Notes under the pieces: model-generated | What the model was told of the DNA's origin: nothing | Seen by the model: the letters and a program-made list of their open reading frames with translations, nothing else | Databases searched by the model: none | Program-made: the position numbers and the translations under genes | Shown here: piece after piece, positions 22,485 through 35,100 of the stretch | How the letters are laid out: the number at the start of each line of letters is the position of its first letter | Numbering within the stretch: the first letter of the stretch is position 1 | Assembly: GCF_000150275.1 (NCBI RefSeq) | Contig: NW_002060945.1 | Coordinates: 4,513,397 to 4,577,396 of the forward strand | DNA: 64,000 bases | Origin: Trichoplax adhaerens | Taxonomy: Eukaryota > Animalia > Placozoa | Direction of reading: 5' to 3'

Positions 22485-25400
22485 ATGAAAGAAACTAATG
22501 GAAAGGAAAACGAGGCCAATAATAACGACAAGCAAGAAAATGTTTCGAGTGAATCTCATAGTTATTGTATTGAGCAAGGCACCAATGCTGGACATAATTA
22601 TCAAACGTTTTTATTGCAAGAAATGAATGATGATCACGATGAAAGAGTAGAACTATTGCGAGAAGATCGATATTCATGTGTATCACATAACGACGATGGT
22701 AAGTACTTAATCCATATCGTAATACTGTATACCTAGACGAATGTAGCCAAGAAAAAAAGAAAGTAAAACTTGCTCTCTTAACTGAAAAATTGAATGAAAT
22801 TCTTCCTTTAAATCCATGACTAGATCATACTTTACTTGAATACCGACCGTTAAATTCATTTTAATTAATATCGATGGTTACAATTTGTTTTATTGACTGC
22901 ATCAAGACTTCATTAGTACATTATCGGAGTCTATTAGTTATAATAGCATAGTTTCTAGCCGACGATGAATTTATCATGTGTTACATGGTTGAAATAATCT
23001 AAAATACTTCTTTAACTTAAATTGAAATGAGAAAAAAGGATGGCAATGACTTGAATACTTCAATTTTTTCATACTAATCCTCAATACACACAACCACATA
23101 CAGCAGACTAATAGCATTCAACTTTATTTGAAGTAAAATAGGGTTATAACGTGGAATAAAATTAATTCTATTATTTCTTACTCAACAATACCAAATACTT
23201 GTCGTAAAACAGTATCGGTTCTGGGTAAGAAGTGATCAGTCTGAGTTACCGGGTATTGGTCTTTCTTAATTTTATACAAGTAAAAATGAAATACTTCAAC
23301 TCAATTTCAATAAGACTCTAGCCTCATTAACTTAGGCATTAGTAAATTACGACAGAGTTGTTATTGACTCCAAAAATGTAAGCTATAAATTAGAAGAAAT
23401 ATTCCAATACTGTTATAGAATACTTGAATGCTACTACAGAAAGAATAGATATTCAAACCTGATAACTTAGGTACTGGCTTCAGGAAGCTATAATATGCTA
23501 ATGTTGTAGTGAAAAACGTAAATGCTACTTCAATACTTAATTTCGGGCAACTTCAGCATTGACTTCAGTACAGTAGCTTGTAATAGAAAATTCTACACTG
23601 ATAAAGTAAGCAATTCTATAATTGAAAAACTGTAACGTTGTAGGTAGAACTTATTCAGCTAACAAAAATAGGATATATATCATTTCTCTCACAGCATTGA
23701 CTTTTATCTTACTAGAACGAGTGCTCTGGCTTTTAAAACTCCTTCATCATCTCTACATATGTATAAATATACGTAGACAGTAGTAAAACATATTTCTTAC
23801 TAACCCACGCTATTAATACTTTCTTGTTCATTCATTATACTGTACGACAATCAATATCCAATTGGGCGGTAGACTTTTTCCATAATAAAGGAAAACATCG
23901 ATTACCCGCCAATCAGGCAAGAAGATGGCGTCGTGCGGCACTTGGTGTCTCAGCAATTTCTGCTATTGGTACCGTTATTGTTGGAATCATTTCTATTGGT
24001 AAGAGCACTCTTGAGCAATCATCACAGAGAACTTGATTATCTATTTAATGTACCCAATTTCCTACAGATGATCATCATTGCAACACTGACCAAGTATGAT
24101 TCTTTAATTCAATTGTCCTATTTTCACTACCGGACAATATTCATAAATCCAACCGCTATTGACTAATCTAATTTCGTGATATCCATTCGACGTTCTAAAT
24201 AGTTACGCTCATTATAAGCATGCGAGTACATTAATACCGAGTGCTTATAGTTTTGTTTTATTGTAGACTAAGACTTAAACCATAGTAATCTATAATAATT
24301 CTAATTACTGTCACGATAAACAAGAATCAATTAATTTACTCGCATTTTGCCAGTTGCGTAAAAATTATCATCAAACTATAAAAGTTTGCATCTTCTCGAC
24401 GATAGATATTCCATCTTGGTTGACTATATACTGCATGAGGTTATTTTTTATGTTGCTTTACTATACATGTTAGTGTTGTAAGATACTCAAAAAATTTTTC
24501 TATTCTCTTTTAACGAGAAAGGAGATAAATATTCACTACATTAGTACTTTTTACTATACTATATACATCAAATATATCATTAAAAATTTATATTAAGTAA
24601 TGATCTATTTATATAAGACATACATACGTATAAGCCTATGTGATAGTATTAGTATTATCCTTCTAGTAGATATCGATATATGCTTATGGTAAATAATAAT
24701 GTAATAAAAATTTATGTACAGCCAAGGTGTTAGTCGAATTAAAATAAGAAACAAATTTATTATCCTTATTCATCGTTCAATTCGGCTTACTCCTACAATT
24801 CTCATTAAATCTGATATAATACAATTCGTATACGCTTAAGTCTGCACCTAGCAATTTTCTAGATTCATCAGGCTAGCAATATATCACATTGCTAATACCG
24901 TTCATACTTCTATAGTTTTACTATCTAGCCCCTTATAATTCCCCTTCAGGTTATAAAACGGTATAAATTTAATTATTAGTAATCGTTTATTTTTTGCCTT
25001 ATCTAAATAATAAAGTCCATTTCGTAAGAAAATATGATAATTAATATATTATTGTAATAGCAATAACAACCTCTGATGATTCTCAATAAGTATGATGAGG
25101 TTGATAGAATACTTGAAATTGTTCAAAACTTCGGTTTCGTCAATTTCTTAATTTCTTAGTATCCTTATGTAACTGCTTTCTCTCGTATTTACTCCTTTTA
25201 GTTCTATCGACCTCTTTACATAGTCCTGCAGCTTTTGGATTTGCGGTGAGTTTTAGTTGAAAATTTTTACTGAATTAAAGCTTACCGGTATCATTAACCC
25301 TTTAACTAATCCTTGACATAGATGGCTAATCCTCATAATGATATTTAATAGCATTATCTTTCACAGTTTTCATATCTGTATCTTTCTTTTTAGTTTGATG

Positions 25401-27584
25401 CCTTTTTAGATGCTATCGCCGCTACTGTTGTCATATGGAGATTTTATGGAAAAGAAGGACAAAGTTATTCTTGGAACCGCGAGAGAAGGTATTAACACTG
25501 AATTGACATATAATAATTTTTGGCACAAGTAAAGTAAGAGAAAATTGGACACAATTTCAATTTTAATCATTATATTAGCAATTTAATCTCAAGTGTCACT
25601 TGCTGCTGCTATTTAAATAAATTCCACTAAATAAGATGATTAAAAATTTGCACTTAGTCCATTACGGGTAAAAAAAGTTACATCTCAAGCGAACACATAC
25701 ATGTTAATATATCAAAAATATGGTAGTTATGCAATATTTACAGTACAGCGTCAGCTTAATCTTTCATATTTTTATTCCTTTCTGGTAAAGGTAACCTTTA
25801 TAAAAAACGATTTGACGTAGATGATTTCATGCAATAGCATTTTATAAATAGTTAAAAATTTTAAACCAGTTTGTGAATCATGAATTGATCATAAAGTAAA
25901 GGTATTATGCGTATATTGGAATATGAGACGTGTATACTCGTACGTACGTCAATAATGTTAAAACTTTTTTCCGTTCCTATTCTGCTAGGGCTTGCATTGT
26001 TATTGCTGTTCTTTTTCACATCTCAGCTCTCGTAATCTTGATCCGCGCAATTCTAAATGTATCTCACCATAACGGAAAAAAAATAGTAAAGGTAATTTTA
26101 AACAATAGTTATTGATTTTCTTGACATCACCTACTAGCAGACTATCCAAGACACTATTATATAATTATACTATAAATCACTCTAATATTCGATGTTGATA
26201 TGACTGTTATTAACTATTCTAGCAAAATTTCTAGCGTTTGAAAATTTACTGTACGGATATTATATATTATACATCATTTTAAATAATCGTTTTTGCAATT
26301 ATTCCGATTGCAACGATATTTAACTTGGTGTTATACAGCACCACCAACTTGAAAAGCTAACGATATGATATTGTACGTTTTTACTTATTTGTTAATACGA
26401 ACTTCCTTACTATTAATAATAATATTTTCTAGTACGGTCTTACGAGAAATTACTACAGTATAAATAATGCTAAATTGCCATATGTATCGCCAATTTATAT
26501 CACAGATTTTGTAACGGAATGATATCCTGCATGCACATGCAGACCTTTAAAATAATTCTTGGTTCTACTCTTTGTACGTAATAGGGTGAGCCATTAATAA
26601 TTCTCGCTATAGTAAGCGCAGTCTTGTGTTTCGTTCTGGCTTGGTTAAAATTTGTTATTAGTAAGCGCCTAAGAAGCAGATCACTACGTACTGATGGTAA
26701 GATTGATGTAATGTACACTTATACTAATTTAGCCTTTTAATTCTGTGTTAAATATCCTTGTGAAGCAGATTCGGTAAAGTTACGAACCCACGAAAATTTT
26801 AATTTATACAGTACGATATGATATAGCATACGGTTATGCTTCATACAAATTTAAACAAATTCTTCCTAATGGGATGAGGAAGCATAAACGCTATACTTCA
26901 CACAAGTGTAAATAAATTGTCCCTAATAGGATGAGGAAGTACAAATGCTATTTATTCACCTATATTATCTACCAAGGCTCTACTAATTCATTTATTAAAA
27001 ATCTATCCTACTGTTCGGGAACATTGCTGATATATAATTAATCATCCAGAACTGATAAATCAAGCAATAATCGAAATTTTAATTCGAGAAGAAAAATCGT
27101 TGTATTCTAATATACGTTTACTCGTATACTACTTAGACAATATTTTGTTCTCGGATATTACTTTAAATTTGGTTATATTCATAGTATGGTAATAATTGTT
27201 TGATTGTTTTTTCAGCTATAAATTCGTTTCTAAGTGGTATTATGAGCATAACGATAGTTGTCAGCGAAATTATACAAAATACCTATAAGGAAGTGTGGTA
27301 TCTGGATTCGATCGTTGCCATCTTCATAAGTCTGTTATTGTGCTATCTTGGCGCAAAGTAAGTTATAAAATTGTCATTAAGTATTTACATAGCATAAGAT
27401 GATTTCTAGATACTTTCAGATATACTCATTGTGGCTTTAAGTACCGTATACGCGAATGTCAATGTTCTAATCACTCAATATGGTATTAATCCTGCTTAAA
27501 TACTCATTTACTTTTAGGATCTTGTATGAATTGCTTTCTCAAGGCAATAGAGAACCACTTGAAGAAGAAGGCGACGAAGACTAA
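22485..27584 (+). CDS. TMEM163: TMEM163 (SV31)-like zinc transporter, cation diffusion facilitator family
   Basis: Exons 22485-22698, 23873-23998, 25202-25245, 25394-25488, 25989-26091, 26585-26696, 27216-27357, 27518-27584. RLPANQARRWRRAALGVS, SPAAFGFAFDAFLDAIAATVVIWRF, RERRACIVIAVLF, LRSRSLRTDAINS and VWYLDSIVAI match TMEM163. The start codon is uncertain (22485 or 22623). Confidence 0.9.
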
Positions 27585-28780
27585 AATATTAACTTACTAG
27601 ATACTGATCCACAACTAGTTCCATGTTATTTATCATTCTTCAATCATGAGCTATACAATTTTATAGAGTATAGTAAATTTGCTTACTGTATACGCTGCAA
27701 TAAAATCATTACATTGCAGTTCAATTTTACTCCGATAGTAAATTTATTTATTAGATAAAATTGTCATCAAATCCTATTAAATTATTATTTAAACTGTTTG
27801 CGTGCAGAATTGCAGACATTAAGCCTTTAAAATTATTTACTACAGACTTGTATAATAGCTCGAACGAAAAACTTTTCTTTCCTCTATTCTTATGACTTTT
27901 ACTAGAATTATTGATATAATAGAGTTCCTGTAGTAATTTACTTAAGCTTTGTTAGTTAGTTTAGTTTTACCATGAATAGCCCAAGTTACATTATAAATTA
28001 CGTATGAATTAAGTATTTTTATATTGATGTTATATGCGGTACGACGTACAGAATACGCCTTATTACTCTTGATATAAAGCAATGTGTATAACTTGACTTT
28101 GTACCGTTGGAATTACCACCGTAGCCCGCTTTATTTATAATGAAAAATATTAAAAAGTGATGTCTTCATAACAATGTACAGTTATTCTTAAAAGTTTACG
28201 AAGGTCCAGACGAATATTTCGATGGTACAAATCTTTAGCTACTTTTGTGATGGGAGAAATGCAATTAGGTAATAACACCGTAATATTGTGTTATGCTGTG
28301 CAGTACTTGCACAAATACCGCAAGTGTGATAAATACGTAAGCTCATCAACTTGATAACGTTCCACAAAAATACATCCTAACAACATGTAGCGTTAGTAAA
28401 AAAAATACACTTGAAATAAAACTGCGGTACTTTCATACCACGAACTGTATCTCAGTTCTGTCTTGTGCCATATCAACACTACAACGTGTAATAACAATTG
28501 CTATAAATTGCAGTAATATTAACTGCGTAAAAATATGTGCACCATCATGCACTTAAATTCTTACTCAATAATAAACATAATTAAACACTTAAGAAAGATA
28601 TTACAGTATACACATGTCTGGAGTAGAGCTGAGAAAGATTCGGTTATCGGAAGTTCATCAGACCATATCGCCCACATAGGCAGTTATTAAATTGCTAATT
28701 GACGCACTGTTTCAACTATGTTATCTCTACCAGCTTTAATAAACTCAATATTCTATGATAATAAGTACTGAACATAAATA

Positions 28781-31700
28781 TTATTCTATAAAATAAGAAA
28801 TTTTGGTATTTTTCTTACTCTATGAAGGAAAATTAAAGAGAGTTTTAAAATTAAGTCAATATATATATAAAGTCTGCAGATTATTAGGCACAAACTGAAA
28901 GCAAACCCAAGAGGAGACGTTACCTTTTTCATTTTGGTAGCAGTAACCTTTCCAATCTCTTTTAGAGATTTAACATGTGTGCCTCCACAGGGACATTTTA
29001 CGCCAGCAATATTCACATACCGAAGACCTAAACGAAAAGATTGGTTATCGAAGTGCAAAAAAAAATCGCAGACCTTCATCAGCCAAACCTAAAATTATCA
29101 TAGCCACACGCTGCACGTCTACTAACCTTCCTGATGCGATACTTCTACAGGAAGATTTTTCTAAAATAATATCATGAATAATTAATCCCATGATTAATAT
29201 ATCTATTAACAAACGTTATTAATTTTCTATATCATGCAAGCACTGATCTTACTGCTATAAGTTTAGTTGTTTCCTCATTTAACAATTTAACAATTTCTTC
29301 TCGTTTCTCTACAGGAATGTTGCCAATGTATTCTAATTAAATCATAATAGAATAATGTATGAATAATAAGAAAATGGCATAATAAATTAGAAGTAATAGG
29401 ATCTTTTCTTGCATCCATAAAATTAGACCTACCGACATAGGGATTATCGGGAAAGTGGTAACCCTTCAAGAACAAATTAAAATTTTAATAAAAAACTAGA
29501 AAAGAAAACACTTTCTGACAATAATTATGTAATAGGGACTTGTAATATTTTTACTGTTAATACTAAAACCCTACATTAAATTGTCGTTATCGTTAGACAA
29601 TTTTTGTAATCGTGGTAAGACTTGGTCTAACACTTACGTGTTTTATGCTATAATTTACATCCTACCTTACTACCAACAAGTTCAGTTATACCAAGATTTT
29701 GTAGAGCTCCATCTAGTAGGTGCCCAGCGCTATGAAGTCTAGATTTTTGTTGTATACGAAATAAAAAGCGAAAGCTATTATATTGCCAAGAAATAACATA
29801 GGATCACTGATAAAGAAATATCTATGCATGAACCTCGCATGTAATCGTCTTTTGGCTTCATCGATTTGCATGATAACTGGGTCACCAACATCAAACCTTA
29901 AAAATTAATAGGAGTTACGCATATTATTAAGAAAGGTGCATTTTCTTTACATGCAAGATGGAGCAGGATGATCCAATTTACCTTCTGATACTGCTTTGGC
30001 TGTATTTGCCAACGTGTTCGATAAACAAGGCTTCTTTTGATGGTTTCTGCACATGATGAACCTATTATTCAATTAAATAATTATCAAAAAGATGAAAATT
30101 TAAAGTCAATTGTAGAATGTATAAAGATTGACAGACTCGTAAAGGTACTAACATATTAGTAAATGCTAATGCTGTCCTGTAAGTGTATACCGGCAGTAGA
30201 TTAATACAAATGTAAACATAGACATTATTCTGGATTAAGATCTTAAAATATAATTCAAAAATTGCAATGACACATTTCTTGCATAACATACATGAAATAC
30301 AACATCTTCGCCTTGATTTTTTATTAAGCCCACGTCAGCAGGTTGCCCACCTGAGGTTAGTAAATAGTATATTAAATTCAATATGAAACCGAGTTTTTAG
30401 GAAATAATGGTTATTATTTTAATATTGAAATACTAATGATAGCAATCTAAATAAATACATAGATATACGATTATATGTATAGCGTTAAAATTCACGACCT
30501 CTAGTATACTGTACAGTGTACATCTGTTAATAATCGCAATAAGGTTATATGATTATTAGCAATACATAATAACCGAATGAAATGGGTACATAATGTGAAT
30601 TTTTTTCAATCAATCATAGTCCCAACTCCTATAATCATCCTGAAAATAGGCATATACGTACAGTAGAAGAATCAATGTGATATTCGCTCAAGTAATACTG
30701 TAAAAGTAATAAATTCCTCTAGATCTGCAGCTCTTTTAAATAATATCGATTACGAAGTAGCATGAACCAATTGGAAAGGTCGCGCAATGTGCATTTTTTT
30801 TCAATCACGCATATATTGTAGAAGGATTAACGACATGATAATTCCTAAAATGATACCATAGTAACAGCAGGATCGTCCAGATCTGCAGCTCCTACATACG
30901 ATTGCCAAGTATGGAAGAGCGTAATGTGTATTTCCTTTTAATCATATGCACAGCGTATAACTCATAAAGTGTATTAAAAAAAGGTTAATGATATAACATC
31001 CGTTTAAATGACTACGTCGTAAAGTATAGTAACAATCGAAGACTATAGTAACGATTAGAGGCAACAAGGTCCTATGGAATGAATATAGGAGAGATCTCTT
31101 ATCCTGCTATTACATGTTACTACTGTAGAAGGATTTATTAACGATATGATAATTCTCTAAAACGTACCATAGTCATTCTTAGCTTTTAATAATCTCCTAC
31201 ATATGAGTAAAGTACCCTACTATAGTAAATAGCAGCAATGATCTGAAAAGGCACTTGTGCAATTTCATTCAATCTTATACTGTAGAAGAATGAATGATGC
31301 GATCGGGTATCCACTTGAATAATGTCGTCATAGCAATACGGCTTTTTGGAATTCCACCATTCCTATACGAATAATTCCCATTGCTAAGATGAATAGATTG
31401 AAAGCAGTAGGATCTATTAACGCTGTAATAATGGACGTCATTGGGCTAAAAATACTATATCGTAGTAGGAATAAGGTCTTTTAGGCAATGGGTCTCCAAC
31501 TGTTCTACTACCCCTTACTACAGCAGTTCAACATAACACAGAGCATTTACTATTCGGAATAGTGTAGAGCAAAATTTATTTGCAGCCTTCTGATCATAGC
31601 CATTGGTATACTGGCAACGCTGGCCCAATTGCAACCATTGCTATAACATGGACTACTAAAATAAAACCGAGCAGTCCATAGCTATCGGCATGCTATAGCT

Positions 31701-31853
31701 ATGCAACTTACCACCTTGCGGATGCATGACTGTATTATCGACAACGATGATATATTCCTCTTCATCGCCATCCTTTTTGGATCTAATATCCGTGATAGTA
31801 CCATTACAGTTAAAGCTATAAGTATCGTCCCAAAATAAATGTTTAGTTTCCAT
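28781..31853 (-). CDS. Free-standing AlaX-type alanyl-tRNA editing protein (234 aa)
   Basis: Ten exons: 31853-31712, 30350-30292, 30061-29982, 29896-29834, 29738-29666, 29463-29433, 29332-29253, 29160-29127, 29027-28924, 28819-28781 (705 nt in total). Contains TVMHPQGGGQPADVG, the HxxxH motif RLHSAGHLLD, KGYHFPDNPYVEY and the CxxxH motif CPCGGTHV. Confidence 0.92.
30650..31400. repeat. Old, degenerate tandem repeat (about 150-160 bp period) in AlaX intron 1
   Basis: Recurrent GTAGAAG(G/A)AT..GA(T/C)ATGATAATTC..ACCATAGT blocks near 30660, 30818, 31124 and 31281; AGATCTGCAGCTC occurs at 30721 and 30879. Confidence 0.6.
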
Positions 31854-32123
31854 TTTCAATCATCAACAGTAGATCAAAGCGCGATATTTATTGCCTTGCA
31901 CTTCCATAGGCAGCTAGCAAGCCTCGAATAGAGAGCAAAAGTAGTATAGGAGTAGGCGAACGATAGTGGCTGTACCATACTGAGTCAGTAAGCCTCGGGC
32001 AGATTACGTCATACGCCATACGTTTTATTAGGCTTTGATACAATTTCCTATAACGGAAGTCCTTTCCTATCATCAATCCATGTACTACAGTTATACTAGG
32101 AAGGCCGACACAAGCAGAATATT
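31854..32123. promoter_or_regulatory. 270-bp bidirectional promoter between AlaX (-) and AP4B1 (+)
   Basis: Divergent ATGs at 31853 and 32124; contains TTACGTCAT (CRE/ATF-like), TGAGTCA (AP-1-like) and CGGAAGT (ETS-like) words. Confidence 0.65.
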
Positions 32124-35100
32124 ATGGCTGGCGTAACCAATGTAGAAGAATTTCGGTAAGTTTTCTCCTTAATCAATGTCGTAGTCATCAGTCTTGGTCA
32201 TGGCGAATCGTTTTGATTATAATATTTGCCTTCATGAAACGTACTAGTAGTATCCACGTACAATTTACTGTATACCAGTCGTATGTTTTGCTAAATTGTT
32301 ACTGCTAGTGTTGACATGGTGATGGCTTTCCAGTTTTCCAGTTACTGGATTGCTAGAGTTATTGCAAGGTAGTCATGAAGGAAGAGTCGCGAATTCATGC
32401 GTTCTAAGAATGTTAGTAACTGACATAAAGTTGAATTGGATGTCGAACGCAAGTAAAATGGACTACTTTAGAAGGACGTTTACGTGTAAAGTACAGTAGG
32501 CTGCAGTCTTGCCCCATATTTCGACTTTCTCATCATACTGCACATCTCATTTTAAAAGTACTTTATAATTATAGAATACTAGCCTTCCTTGGTGGTCTTA
32601 GTTCAAGCTTGATAAAGGGCAAATAAACCTCTCTAATTTAGTGTTGAAACTAGCATTCGAAGCAAGCCGAATACTACTTTAAATACAATAAGATAATTGG
32701 CTAGAGTATATATTGAACATGTGTAAATCTGCATAGTTCAAAACGTTGAAACGAGTCTTCCAAGTCAAATCGAATACAGTACTACTTCAAATGCAAGAAG
32801 ATAATTGACTAGAGTATGTATTGAACATGTGTAAATCTGCATAGTTCAAAACGTTGAAACGAGTCTTCCAAGTCAAATCGAATACAGTGCTACTTCAAAT
32901 GCAAGAAGATGATATGGTAGAGTATACCCTCTACCTGGCCAATCTGTATGGTTTTAAAGGTTAAAGATGGTATTCAAGACGAATTGAATATACTACTTCG
33001 AATACAATAATCTAGATGATATGCCAAAGTATACATTAAGCATGATTAAATCTACATGATTTAAAATATTCAAATTAGCGCTCAGGCCATATCGAGTACT
33101 GTAAATGTAGCAACATAATATCCTTGATTGCACTTGAAAGATGAACTTAATTGACCTGGTTTAAAACGTTGAAGGTGGTATTCAAGGCGAATTAAACATC
33201 ACTTTAAATACAGTAAGATGATACTCTAGAATATACCTTGAATATACGTAAATCTACACAACTTAAAATATTGAAACTAGTATTCGAGGAAAAATCAAAT
33301 ATTACTCAAATGCAGTAAGATATCGTACTAGTATTTGCATTAAGCACGAGTAAATTTGCATGATTAAAAACATTCAAACTAGTATTCAAGGCGAACCGAA
33401 TACTACTACAAGTACAGTACAATACACATTAGTGGATCTACTAGAGTGTACATTCAACACGGGCAAATTTGCATTGGCTGGAACATTGACTCTAAGCCTA
33501 ACATTGAAACATTCAAATGAAATGTGATAATGTACTAGAGATAGCGTCAGAATCGAATATTACTAATGCAAAAAGATGATAAGTTAAAGTATATGTTAAA
33601 TACGAAACACTATCTATACCTAGACTACTCAATCCTTGATTATTATCTCAAGAGCGAATCGTATTATTGACTACTATTACTAATTCAGTTTTTTTCTTCA
33701 GTAAACTATTAAGAGACCCGGAAATACAACGTAATAAAGCAAAATATGGGTTAATCATCCGAAAAGTCATTGCCTGTATGACGCTAGGTATGGACGTTTC
33801 TTCCCTATTTGGCGAGATGACGATGGTAAGAACATACGTGTGTGCATTCAGTAACCTTAGTGTTAAGCCCTAGTAAATTTACTACCTAAATGATGTAATT
33901 TTCCTATGAAATAGCGACTACTTTAGTCAATTTAATACTAATACGTAATGAAAGCATACAATTCTCATCTGCAAAAGTGATACACCTTCTTCGTAGCACA
34001 CTTTATAGCATATATACTAGTAAAACATAGCATATTAGCATCTTGATTATCGCATAGGCATACATAAACCAGTAATTATCTATGATTCACGACTTATATT
34101 GCAGTTTTAATGCCAATAATAATCTACTGTATATAATATATCAGTAATGGTTTATAGGATGCTTTGATTTTATAGTCCAAATTGATCAGCTGTTCAATGA
34201 TTGAACGATTAATGTTCATTTTATATCAAAATCAAATTAAATTACCTATCGTATGCCTTTTAACTTTTCAGGCTGCAGCAACTGATGATTTAATCCAAAA
34301 AAAACTGGTTTACATGTACATTTGTCGTTACGTTGATCGCTTCCCAGATTTAGCAGTCTTAACAATTAATACTTTACAGAAAGACTGCAAGGATAACAGT
34401 GCCATTGTCAGAAGCTTAGCTCTTCGAAGTCTTTGCTCACTAAGGTAATGCCAATGATAATTATAATAATGGACAAGACCAAAGCTCCTATATTTATAGT
34501 AACGGATGACTATTTCCTACGCTAACATATAGGCTATCAAATTTAATTGAATATATACGAGAACCTTTATTAAATGGCTTGACTGATGACAACTACTACG
34601 TTAGAAAGACGGCTGTAATGGGCTGTGCTAGTATATCTCAATTTTCACCCAAATTGATTAAAGGTTATCATAAAACTTAATATACTTTATCAATATAAAT
34701 TTTATATTTAACATTATGTACTCCCTTGCTAGATTTAGGAATAATAGATAAGTTATACGCAATGCTTAACGATCCTCATCCATTAGTAAGTACTTTCTGC
34801 TACATTACATGCCATAAATTATTTGTAAATTTATAGTTATCAATTTACCCTTTGAATAAGGTTATCTCTAATTGCGTTGTGGCGCTGGATGAAATTATGG
34901 TGGAGGAAGGCGGCATTGCAATCAATAGAAATATTGCAAATTATTTACTAAATAAGTAATTTTGATCTTTCTTACTAGTAAAATTTTTCAAGAATCTACA
35001 ATAATAATGAAATATCTCACCTATGTTATTAAATAACTCTATTCAATTTATTGATATCATTAGTTTAAGGCACTTTAACGAATGGAGCCAATGTTATATC

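Noticed and set aside
26865-26951. About 30-bp direct repeat (CCTAAT(G/A)GGATGAGGAAG) in a TMEM163 intron
   Set aside because: Simple two-copy local duplication with no further structure.
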